A DNA stretch of 50,603 nucleotides, taken from NCBI GenBank assembly GCA_045642625.1, contig JAZUJC010000215.1, positions 1 to 50,603 on the forward strand, written 5' to 3'. The notes under the pieces are model-generated. The model was not told the DNA's origin. It saw nothing but the letters and a program-made list of their open reading frames with translations, and searched no databases. This stretch comes from Lachnospiraceae bacterium (GTDB taxonomy: Bacteria; Bacillota; Clostridia; Lachnospirales; Lachnospiraceae). Within the stretch, counting starts at the first letter, position 1, and each line of letters opens with the position of its first letter. The translations under genes were made by a program, and so were the position numbers. This document shows positions 26,362 through 34,828 of the stretch, piece after piece.

Positions 26362-28650
26362 ATGGGTAGGATAGGAAATGCTTTGAAACGTGGCCTTACG
26401 GGCGAGAAAAAGAAAAAGAAACCAATAGCCGGAAAGGTTGCTGGTGGTTGCCTTGGTTCTTTTGTAATGCTGGTTGTTATTATTATCTGCTGTGTAAATA
26501 TTTTTGCAAAGACTGTATCTGATTGGGTATCAACTGCCAAAAGTGCTTTTGATAGTGTTGCTGGTGTGGCTAAGAATGAAGCTTCTCAAAATGCATCAAA
26601 TCAGGCTATTGCTGATGCTCAACAGCAGGTCATAGCTAATATGACTATTGAGCAGAAGGTTGTGAACGAAGTGGAATTGCCTCCAATGAGCGAGCAGATG
26701 CGAAAAGATGCTCTTTTGCAGATCACAACGGTTGAAGATTTAGTAAATGGAACGTTGAAGCCTTTTGGTGAGGCTGGTGATGGTGATGAGAGATTTGACA
26801 GCGTTACGATTAAGACAGAGATTATTCAAAAGGTTAAAATACATCCGTCGAAAGAAGAGATAGAAAAGTACAGATCTGACGAGTACAACAGTATGTATGC
26901 TGCCAAGCAACAGGCTATTATTGATGCGATAGCGGCTGCCGCAACTGATGCTCCAAGCACTACGCCTGATGCGAGTGGTACTCCTGCACCTACAGGGGCA
27001 GCAGGAAAGGGGAATGTCTTAAATGAAATGCTTAATGGTGCAAAAGATGTCCTTAATAATATAACCATCGACAACATCAATAAAGGCAACGGTGTTCTTC
27101 ATGATATGGTGGGCAAACAGCTTGAAAATATAAGTGATTCGATTAAGAACAATGTTCAGAGTGAAAACAAGAACACTTCGGGCAAGAAGAATAACAAAAA
27201 CAGTAAAACTAATACTTCTGCTCAGGGTTCGAATCCTGCAAAAAAAGCGGATGCGGGTACTCCTGCACCTACGCCTCAGCCTGTTAATACCCCAAAGCCT
27301 ACGGCTGCGCCAGTGAATACACCAGCTCCTACACCAAAGCCCGGGGCAAGTGGTACTCCTGCACCAAGCGGAACAAAGGCTCCAAGTGGTACGTCAATGC
27401 CAACTGCAACACCAACACCGATACCTACTCCTACATGGGACGCATCGGATCAGGCAGAGCTTGACAGACGAGTACAGAAATACATTGATGATAACACCAG
27501 GATAGAAGAGAGAAAGTCTTTTGTCGGTAGGACCATTGATGGTGAAAATGTAAGAGCGTATCTTAATTCTTTTCATACTCCTTGGCAGTCTAATTATAGC
27601 GAGGCTGCGTTTATAGCAATGTTTGATTATGGTTACGAACAAGGTTCGGTTACGGCTATTCAGCCAGAGGTTGTAACAAGGGTTTTTGAATACGGAAATA
27701 TGCTTGAATACAAGCTTTATCTCGATTACTGGGCTAATAAAGAATACTGGGAAACGGAAGAGTTCCTTTATGATGCAAGAGAGTCTGTATTCGGCGGTGA
27801 GAAAACTGCTTATGAAGAATATGTAAATGATTACAGTGCAGAACCCATAATAATTGATGAACATACAGATTTGATCGAGGAAAAAGGTTTTGTTCCTTTG
27901 CCTTTGTTTAATCATATAAGTGACTGGGTTATTGATACCACCTATGGAAATAAGGCTGGTGGCTATAATGCCTACGGAATACCCATTCAGCTTGAAAAGA
28001 ATTATGAGACGTCGGTATCTTTTAATGCCTTTTCTGAAGGTTTGGAACTCACAAACCTTGATTTAAGGTTGTTTGCGAGTGGATATGAGCGTATGCCTGA
28101 GTGCGAGGATCAGTACAGAAGGCTTTCTATGGTGGTGAGTCTGTACGAACCATCGTTTTATGATTGCAGTATAGTTATTTCTGATTTTGCGCATTTGGCT
28201 GGTGGAGATACGGGTGACAGAGCTGCGTATGCAGCTATGGAAGTTGTTCAAAAGAAACCTACATATAGTAAGGAGAGCCGTGAGTCGGTAACATCGTATG
28301 ACTGTTCTTCATTAGTTAGCCGAGTGTATGATTCAATCGGTATTCATGATTTCCATCCCGGATATTCATTTGATACGGCTGCATTGCTTAAATACTTTGA
28401 ACAGCATAATTTAGGTATTGTAACGGGTGGATGGCCTGAAGATGAATCAATACTTATGCCTGGTGATGTTATTATGTGGGCTAAGCCTTCAAGTGATAAG
28501 TACAAGCATGTATATCATACAGGTTTATGGATAGGTGACGGATATATAGTTGATGCGTCTACATCCCTTAACCACGTAGTCTACAGACAGATGTGGAGTA
28601 AAGACCAGGTAATTATGATAGCGAGACCTTCACTGCTTAATTTGCAGTAG
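26362..28650 (+). CDS. Membrane-anchored NlpC/P60 (C40) peptidoglycan hydrolase, VirB1-like role
   Basis: N-terminal TM, PT-rich linker, C-terminal YDCSSLV..PGDVI..HVYHTGLWIGDG. Confidence 0.85.
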   Translation: MGRIGNALKRGLTGEKKKKKPIAGKVAGGCLGSFVMLVVIIICCVNIFAKTVSDWVSTAKSAFDSVAGVAKNEASQNASNQAIADAQQQVIANMTIEQKVVNEVELPPMSEQMRKDALLQITTVEDLVNGTLKPFGEAGDGDERFDSVTIKTEIIQKVKIHPSKEEIEKYRSDEYNSMYAAKQQAIIDAIAAAATDAPSTTPDASGTPAPTGAAGKGNVLNEMLNGAKDVLNNITIDNINKGNGVLHDMVGKQLENISDSIKNNVQSENKNTSGKKNNKNSKTNTSAQGSNPAKKADAGTPAPTPQPVNTPKPTAAPVNTPAPTPKPGASGTPAPSGTKAPSGTSMPTATPTPIPTPTWDASDQAELDRRVQKYIDDNTRIEERKSFVGRTIDGENVRAYLNSFHTPWQSNYSEAAFIAMFDYGYEQGSVTAIQPEVVTRVFEYGNMLEYKLYLDYWANKEYWETEEFLYDARESVFGGEKTAYEEYVNDYSAEPIIIDEHTDLIEEKGFVPLPLFNHISDWVIDTTYGNKAGGYNAYGIPIQLEKNYETSVSFNAFSEGLELTNLDLRLFASGYERMPECEDQYRRLSMVVSLYEPSFYDCSIVISDFAHLAGGDTGDRAAYAAMEVVQKKPTYSKESRESVTSYDCSSLVSRVYDSIGIHDFHPGYSFDTAALLKYFEQHNLGIVTGGWPEDESILMPGDVIMWAKPSSDKYKHVYHTGLWIGDGYIVDASTSLNHVVYRQMWSKDQVIMIARPSLLNLQ

Positions 28651-28659
28651 AAAGGAAAT

Positions 28660-29637
28660 ATGTTGAAGAAATTATTGTTTACTTTGATCCTCTGTGAAGT
28701 CTTGCTTCTGTCAGCCGGATGTGTGTCCGGCTCAAGGGAGCAGATGCTGGAGGGAATAAAAAACCATTTGAATCAGCCTGAACCAACAAAGCCGTCTGCT
28801 GACTTTTCAAGTGCTGGTGAAAGTTGGGATAAAACAGGAGAGAGTGCAGGAAATTTATTTGATGATTTGACGGAGCTTGCATCAAAGGTAGGCTCCTCAA
28901 TAGGAGACAGTCTTAATGATTTTACTAATGACCTTGGCAGTGCTTTTGGCTCTGATATTTCTAACATAACGGATAAGGATACTGAAAAGTATAAGGGTTC
29001 CGCAAGTGATAAAACGGAAAACAAAAAACCTACTCCTACGCCAGTGGTTATTGATAAGGGTGCAATCGTAGAAGATATTAACAGTATTTTGGACGAAACA
29101 GGAAAAGGTAAAGAAGATAAAAATGAAGTAATATCGGAAGAGGAAAAAACATACTCTATTGAGGGTGTTACTCTGGAAGGACCTTTGCACATCCTTAAGG
29201 TTGTTGACGGAGACACTGTTAAGCTGAAAGAGTTTGGATCGGATGTGCGTTTCCGTCTCATTGGCTGCGATACGCCGGAATCGGTTGCAAGTGATGAGTA
29301 CCTTGCTTCAAGCGGAAAGGAAAATACTGCTGAGGGTAAAGACGCAAGTGCTTTTATGAAAGAGTATTTACCGAAGGATTCTGTTGTTTATATCGAGTAC
29401 GATGTTGAACATCAGGACAGGTATGGCAGGGAGCTTGTATATCTCTATGCCGAAAAGAATGGGGAGCTTGTATTTATAAACGAGATGCTGCTTAAGGAAG
29501 GGCTTGCCAAGATTTTTACTTTGCAGCCCAATGTAAAGTACGCTGATACAGTATTCCTTAAAGCTCAGAAATATGCACGAAAGCATAATAAAGGCTTTTG
29601 GGCTACTGGCTTTTGTCAACTCTCGGCCATTGAATAA
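28660..29637 (+). CDS. Thermonuclease (SNase-like) lipoprotein; last 7 codons supplied by the IS end
   Basis: Lipobox LSAG|C; VVDGDTV, RLIGCDTPES, DRYGRELVY, INEMLLKEGLA. Confidence 0.9.
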   Translation: MLKKLLFTLILCEVLLLSAGCVSGSREQMLEGIKNHLNQPEPTKPSADFSSAGESWDKTGESAGNLFDDLTELASKVGSSIGDSLNDFTNDLGSAFGSDISNITDKDTEKYKGSASDKTENKKPTPTPVVIDKGAIVEDINSILDETGKGKEDKNEVISEEEKTYSIEGVTLEGPLHILKVVDGDTVKLKEFGSDVRFRLIGCDTPESVASDEYLASSGKENTAEGKDASAFMKEYLPKDSVVYIEYDVEHQDRYGRELVYLYAEKNGELVFINEMLLKEGLAKIFTLQPNVKYADTVFLKAQKYARKHNKGFWATGFCQLSAIE

Positions 29638-29790
29638 CCGAGCTTGTAACTGCCCAGTCGTAGTAACGGCTTACGCCTCCGACCTTTAACCCCAATAGGT
29701 ATTGCTACCTAAAGTGGCGTTACATCACAGGGTGGTTGACAGCACCCTTTACAGCAGAGTTTACTCGGCTGTAACTGTATCAGGTACTTG
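29595..29790 (-). ncRNA. TnpB omega/reRNA (scaffold from the right end plus flanking guide)
   Basis: Structured GC-richer tract between tnpB stop and right end (GGGTG..CACCC, TAGGTA..TACCTA stems); TnpB guides are known to derive from the right flank; 5' boundary approximate. Confidence 0.65.
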
Positions 29791-30897
29791 CTTATCTTCA
29801 AGATAGTTTATTCCCATACGATACAGATTCATGGCTCCAATACGGTCGTCGTTAGACTTATAACCACAGTTTTTACAAGTAAACAGATGCAGTTTCTTGT
29901 TACGACTAGCCTTTTCAATGTGTCCACATACAGGGCAACACTGGCTGGTATATTTAGGACTAATCTTAATAACGATAGATTGATTCTGTTTAGCTTTGTA
30001 AATAAGTTTTTGTTCAAGGTCATAGAACGACCATGATACAGATACGTAGCGGTCTTTAGTTTTAACGCGCTCAGTGGCGGATTTAATGCCAGTTAAGTCT
30101 TCCAATACAAAGAGTGTATGCTTTGGGCTGTTTTCAACGAGTGCCTTTGATATCTGATGGTTTATATCCTGCATCCAACGGTTTTCTCGTTGACCAATAG
30201 CTTTAAGTCTTCGTCTTGACGATGGAGTCTGACGCATTTGGAGTTCTTTGCGAAGTTTAGAGTAATTAGCACGTTTCTGTTTAATAGCCTTACCACTTAC
30301 AAAGCCAGACTTATGTTTGCTGTTATAAGTAGCAACAACAAAGTTAATACCTCTGTCTATACCTACCACATTGCAAATGTCGGAGATATTGCTATCTTCT
30401 GCATTGTACTCAATTGAGACATGTAGAAAAAATTTGCCGTACTTATAGACTACCTTAGCGGTACCAAAACGGTAGACTGACTTATCAAAAAACTGTTCCA
30501 TACCAGTCTTTGCATAATCAACTTTAATACGTCCGTTTATAGTACCTACGGAAAACTGGTTTTTGTTAAGGGAATAATCTCTGTTCCACGATAATGTCAT
30601 TTGAGGACTGTTATACTTACATTCAGTCCACTCGTAGCCGTTAGTTATGTTGTTTTTATAAGAACCAATAACGGTACGAACTACATTACATGCCATCTGG
30701 GAAGGGAGTTTATATACTGAACGGCATTCGCTATAAGTATGTTTCTGTACAGAAACCTGCGATAAGTCTTTAGTGGTATAAATGTAGTGGGAAACATAAT
30801 TGCAGGCATCAGAATAAGCTCTCATGCTGTCAAGCAAAAGAGATTTATTGTTATCTGATACATAAATTTGTAATTTAGCTGTTTTTGTTAGCTCCAT
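29761..30897 (-). CDS. tnpB: RNA-guided endonuclease TnpB
   Basis: RuvC I GIDRG, RuvC II VLEDL, Zn finger CPVC..CKNC, RuvC III DDRIGAMN all intact; ATG 30897 preferred over 30912. Confidence 0.93.
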   Translation of the reverse strand: MELTKTAKLQIYVSDNNKSLLLDSMRAYSDACNYVSHYIYTTKDLSQVSVQKHTYSECRSVYKLPSQMACNVVRTVIGSYKNNITNGYEWTECKYNSPQMTLSWNRDYSLNKNQFSVGTINGRIKVDYAKTGMEQFFDKSVYRFGTAKVVYKYGKFFLHVSIEYNAEDSNISDICNVVGIDRGINFVVATYNSKHKSGFVSGKAIKQKRANYSKLRKELQMRQTPSSRRRLKAIGQRENRWMQDINHQISKALVENSPKHTLFVLEDLTGIKSATERVKTKDRYVSVSWSFYDLEQKLIYKAKQNQSIVIKISPKYTSQCCPVCGHIEKASRNKKLHLFTCKNCGYKSNDDRIGAMNLYRMGINYLEDKQVPDTVTAE

Positions 30898-30931
30898 ACA
30901 CGTAAACCCCACTAATTATTTCACTAAATAC

Positions 30932-30960
30932 AGTATAACATATTTATTAGGGAAATTCAA
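30932..30960 (-). promoter_or_regulatory. sigmaA promoter for tnpB
   Basis: Minus strand TTGAAT-17 bp-TATACT with extended -10 TG. Confidence 0.75.
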
Positions 30961-31062
30961 TAAAAAGGCATTCCTCTCGGCACTTAAAGAACCGAGAATC
31001 CTACCTGATTTATCTTGAAAGGTTAAGGAATGCTTTGCTTTAAAAATGATATGGAGGAAGTT

Positions 31063-31404
31063 ATGGAAAAAGAGCATAATTTCAATACAACCAAAACGGC
31101 CAAGAAGTCAGCTCCTAATGAAAAGAAAAAAGGTAGCGTAGGAGTGTTTGGTTCTGGTGGAAATGTGTCAAAGGGAAATGCTCATCATTCGGGGGCAGCA
31201 GGACAGCATAATTATGGAAATGGTGGACATAGCTACAATCATCATGGCAGCAGTCATAATGATTATCATGGTGGGAATCATCATAATGGATACCATCACC
31301 ATAACGGACATCATGGAAATGGCAACAGGGTATCTTTAGGAGAAACAATTGCTATTATAATTATTTGTTTGATAATATTTGTGGTTATTAAATTTTTTAA
31401 GTAA
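31063..31404 (+). CDS. His/Gly/Asn-rich protein with C-terminal TM anchor
   Basis: GGAGG RBS before ATG 31063; 15 His in 44 residues; terminal hydrophobic helix. Confidence 0.7.
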   Translation: MEKEHNFNTTKTAKKSAPNEKKKGSVGVFGSGGNVSKGNAHHSGAAGQHNYGNGGHSYNHHGSSHNDYHGGNHHNGYHHHNGHHGNGNRVSLGETIAIIIICLIIFVVIKFFK

Positions 31405-31419
31405 AGGAAGGAGGGCACC

Positions 31420-32550
31420 TTGCTAAACAGAGAATTGATACTGTATGACGGGGGAAAGATTTATCCGGCATATGTCACGCAGGAAGACCGAAAAAACTTT
31501 GTGAAAAGGTTTGGTGAAAAAAGAGAATATATGTGGTGTGGCTGCCGAGCTGACGCAAAACTGTTTTACAGGTTTTCGTCTGATGGCAGGATATACCCGG
31601 AGCATAAAGACTATGCTCATATGCGTGGATGCATATTTGAAGCGGTGGACAGGAAAGAGAGGGCTTTTATTCAGGATGCCGAGACTGGTGAAACGAGAAT
31701 GTTTCTGGCTTTTAATCCGAGACAGTTTACCGCACCGGTTGAGGTTGAAGCTGAGCCAATAGTTGGCTTTGGTAAAATCCCCATGCCGAGAAGAAATGAC
31801 GGACTAAATTATTATCCTCTTGAGAATTTTGTTAAGCAGATAAACACTGATACGTTTAATGAGCGTATGGCTTTGGGAAAGAGTGCTTTATCAAGGGAAT
31901 ATTTCTTATCTGCCTTATTTGGCAGACTAAAGAATATAGTCATTGATGGGTGCCGTAAACCTGTGCGTGACTATACGTTAACTGATGATAGGTGGCAGTT
32001 TTTCTATAAGGATTTTGTCCGGTATGAGATGAAGGAACGTGGAGATGGTAAACTTTCGTGTTCACTGATTATTAAAGATAAAGATGGTAAGGAATACAGT
32101 TGGTTTATCTATGAGAAAACACTGACTACTGCGGTTGAAAGGTTTAAGGCTTGTTTTGGGAAAGATCCGAATGAAATTGAACAACCGCTTATAATGTCTG
32201 GTTTCAGGTATGTAAAGACAAGAAAGGACAGTACTGATACATACAAGGTTGTTGGCAGACTCTATATTGCTCCTGTTAACAAAAATGGTTTGATAGGACG
32301 CAATATGCACGAGATTGAGAGCCTTGATGCAGTTAATGATGTTCTAAGGAAGGATAAGGAACTTAAGTTTTTTATTGCCGATGTTGGAGAACAGTTTTGG
32401 GGATATTTTGAAAAGAAAGGTAATCCCAAAAAGCTGATAATTGCATATGCTGATTCTGAATATTCTGACAAGGATGTCTATAAGAATAACTTTGAAAAGA
32501 AATCCATTACAACGGATGAGCTAATAGGGTTTCTTAATGGTTCAGGCTAG
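31420..32550 (+). CDS. Hypothetical protein with N-terminal CxC..H..C Zn motif (DUF1173-like, possible nuclease)
   Basis: GGAGG RBS plus TTG; WCGC..YPEH..HMRGC; family resemblance by eye only. Confidence 0.5.
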   Translation: MLNRELILYDGGKIYPAYVTQEDRKNFVKRFGEKREYMWCGCRADAKLFYRFSSDGRIYPEHKDYAHMRGCIFEAVDRKERAFIQDAETGETRMFLAFNPRQFTAPVEVEAEPIVGFGKIPMPRRNDGLNYYPLENFVKQINTDTFNERMALGKSALSREYFLSALFGRLKNIVIDGCRKPVRDYTLTDDRWQFFYKDFVRYEMKERGDGKLSCSLIIKDKDGKEYSWFIYEKTLTTAVERFKACFGKDPNEIEQPLIMSGFRYVKTRKDSTDTYKVVGRLYIAPVNKNGLIGRNMHEIESLDAVNDVLRKDKELKFFIADVGEQFWGYFEKKGNPKKLIIAYADSEYSDKDVYKNNFEKKSITTDELIGFLNGSG

Positions 32551-32613
32551 GGTTTAAGGGTTTAAACCCATGAGTGTTGGGAAATACTCATAAAAAGACG
32601 GAAAGGAACGAAT

Positions 32614-32817
32614 ATGGATAAGACCGATATGTATATGAGTGCAGATGAAGTGGCGGAGTATCTTGGGTGCAAGAAACATTACGCTTACGAAATAATAAAA
32701 AAGGTTAATAAAAAAATGCAGGACGAGTATCCAAGCACAATTATTTCAAAGGGAAAGGTTAACAGGAAATACTTTTTGATGTGTCTTGATCCGTTGGCTG
32801 TAGGAAAGGAGGGCTGA
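32614..32817 (+). CDS. Excisionase-like winged-HTH protein (ICEBs1 Xis-like)
   Basis: YMSADEVAEYLGC..YAYEIIKKVN..GKVNRKYF. Confidence 0.75.
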   Translation: MDKTDMYMSADEVAEYLGCKKHYAYEIIKKVNKKMQDEYPSTIISKGKVNRKYFLMCLDPLAVGKEG

Positions 32818-32937
32818 CTTGATAAAGGCTGTAAAGACGCTTTTACGCTAAAGACAGTTAAATCTTAACCGAGTATTGCAAAGGGGTTATATGGGCTTTG
32901 CGTGATGCGGTAGAGGTATAATTTTGGAATGTTCATA

Positions 32938-32984
32938 AAATAATAAGTTTGTTGCGTGTTTGTTTTTATATTGCGTGGTATATT
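32938..32984 (+). promoter_or_regulatory. Shared promoter motif class 2 (AAATAATAAGTTTGTTGCGTGT plus TGn -10)
   Basis: 22-bp exact match to 45731-45752; TGGTATATT downstream. Confidence 0.65.
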
Positions 32985-33025
32985 CAAGTCAAGATAAGAA
33001 AAACTTTTCACGAGGAGGAAAGAAT

Positions 33026-34786
33026 ATGAGTAAGAAAATCAATGTAACAAAGTTGTTAATGTCTGTATTGTTTTTAGCACTTGTAGTTAGCTTCGTTAGT
33101 GTGACTGGTGCCGTAAATGCCAATGCAGCAGCAAGAATGAAAAAGGCTGATTTCCTTAAGACAGTAGTTAGCCAGATTAAGGGAAAGAAGAACGTGGACG
33201 GAAAGAAGATTTCTGTCACAATCAGCAGCAAGGGCAGTGTTACTGTAATGGGTAAGACCTATTCAAAGACAACTGTAGCTGATTTTAAGAAAAAGTATGG
33301 TGGAACAACCAAACAGGCACAGTATGTTGTTGCAGCTGCAAAGCTTGGACTTATTGATGAGAACACCTTTAAGGGTGCCGGTAAGTATATCACTTATGGC
33401 GAGGCTATGGCCATCATGGAGAGAGCGTACGAGCTTCTCAATAAGGATAAGATTACTGCCGATGAAGTTGAGTTTGTAAAGGGTAACAGACTTTCAGGAA
33501 TTACAGATGTCAGTGATGCGGAACAGGCTTTGGTTATCAAGGCATATATGCGTGGTTTCTATGCAGGAAAGAGTGACGGAAGCTTTACAAAGACCAGAAC
33601 TATCAAGTATTCAAGTAATGCGGCAAAGACAGAGCTTTCAGCTATGGCAAAGAGACTTACTTCAAGCAAGGACAGATATAAGTTCTCTGAGGACTGGCAG
33701 ATGCTCCGTATCTCAACAAAGAACATGCCTAAGCAGGCTAAGTACTTCCCTTATATCCTTGATGATTTCACAAACGAGTATTACGATACAGAGTTTGAGT
33801 TCATGCAGAAGACAAGTATGATTTATGCCAATACAGAATTAAGCAAGGATTTTGGTGGTGGAACAATCAGTATCCAGCGTGCCACATGGGATAACGCATT
33901 TAAGTATGCTTCTTTCGAGAACAGAAGCAAGTGGATTATCGGATATCTTAAGGCAGCAGAAGATGGGGACATGATTAAGTATGCATCTGCTACTGAGGAC
34001 TTCTGGATGAAGCTGTTCAGCCAGTATATTTTACCTTCTGAAATGTCAAAGTTCACATCCGTTATGAAGAAGAATGAAAAGGACATCCCTACACAGGGTT
34101 ACACTCTTCAGGATGGTGATGCAAAAAAGATTGCGGAAAGAGCAGAGGCTTATACAAGAACAGTATTTAATGTAAACTATAAGACTATTGAGAATCTTGC
34201 GCAGATTGGATGTAATGTTGATTTTAGTGATGCGTATATCCGTGACTGTGTGCTTAACGAAACCATTATCGAATGCGATAAGGTAGCAGCTGATCCTGGT
34301 TCAATCTCATATCAGGTTAACTATAACGGCAACCGTATGGATGGTTATTCTATCAGGGTTTATGTTCATTACCGTATTGTAAATGACAACGGCAGGGGAA
34401 GTAATGCTATTGTATATAACAGTCAGATACCCGGGGATGAATATCCCACATCACTCAGAGAGGTAAAGGCATCAAAGGATGGTCTTACTTTTGAGTGGGC
34501 TGGAAATGATGGCAAGTGGAGAGATGGATACTTTGATGTATTTTTCCGTACCGGATATACAGGATTTACGACAGAATATGACCTCACCCGTTCAAGAAAT
34601 AACTACACCGAACTTCTTGGCGGTCCCAAGCAGTGTGCTTATGGTGGTCCCGGTAGATTAACAGCTGAGGGTGTGTTTATAAGTGACAACATGATTGGTG
34701 TTGGCGAGTGGACTCAGGTAATGATTGATAAAACACGTAACTGGTGGAATAAAGCTTATGGCAAGTACGTTCCCCGCTCTTATTGA
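33026..34786 (+). CDS. Secreted S-layer-homology-like surface protein
   Basis: GAGGAGG RBS before ATG 33026; signal peptide ANA|AA; SLH-like segments (YVVAAAKLGLI..ITYGEA; KAYMRGFYAGKSDG). Confidence 0.65.
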   Translation: MSKKINVTKLLMSVLFLALVVSFVSVTGAVNANAAARMKKADFLKTVVSQIKGKKNVDGKKISVTISSKGSVTVMGKTYSKTTVADFKKKYGGTTKQAQYVVAAAKLGLIDENTFKGAGKYITYGEAMAIMERAYELLNKDKITADEVEFVKGNRLSGITDVSDAEQALVIKAYMRGFYAGKSDGSFTKTRTIKYSSNAAKTELSAMAKRLTSSKDRYKFSEDWQMLRISTKNMPKQAKYFPYILDDFTNEYYDTEFEFMQKTSMIYANTELSKDFGGGTISIQRATWDNAFKYASFENRSKWIIGYLKAAEDGDMIKYASATEDFWMKLFSQYILPSEMSKFTSVMKKNEKDIPTQGYTLQDGDAKKIAERAEAYTRTVFNVNYKTIENLAQIGCNVDFSDAYIRDCVLNETIIECDKVAADPGSISYQVNYNGNRMDGYSIRVYVHYRIVNDNGRGSNAIVYNSQIPGDEYPTSLREVKASKDGLTFEWAGNDGKWRDGYFDVFFRTGYTGFTTEYDLTRSRNNYTELLGGPKQCAYGGPGRLTAEGVFISDNMIGVGEWTQVMIDKTRNWWNKAYGKYVPRSY

Positions 34787-34828
34787 TTGGATAATTAAGT
34801 AGTGTAACACAGAAAGGAAAGAAGTTTT

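Larger units (their letters stand above)
29615..31014 (-). mobile_element. IS200/IS605-family element carrying only tnpB (IS1341-like)
   Basis: Related subterminal hairpins CTCGG-N11-CCGAG at 29622-29642 and 30975-30997; right end ..GTTGAC; no tnpA; left border inferred. Confidence 0.8.

Noticed and set aside
29761-30897. TnpB as a Cas12 effector or repurposed dead TnpB
   Set aside because: No array; all three RuvC acidic residues are present and both IS end hairpins are intact
32821-32910. Possible att or oriT site after the Xis-like gene
   Set aside because: Only short imperfect hairpins; no integrase, tRNA fragment or recognisable nic consensus
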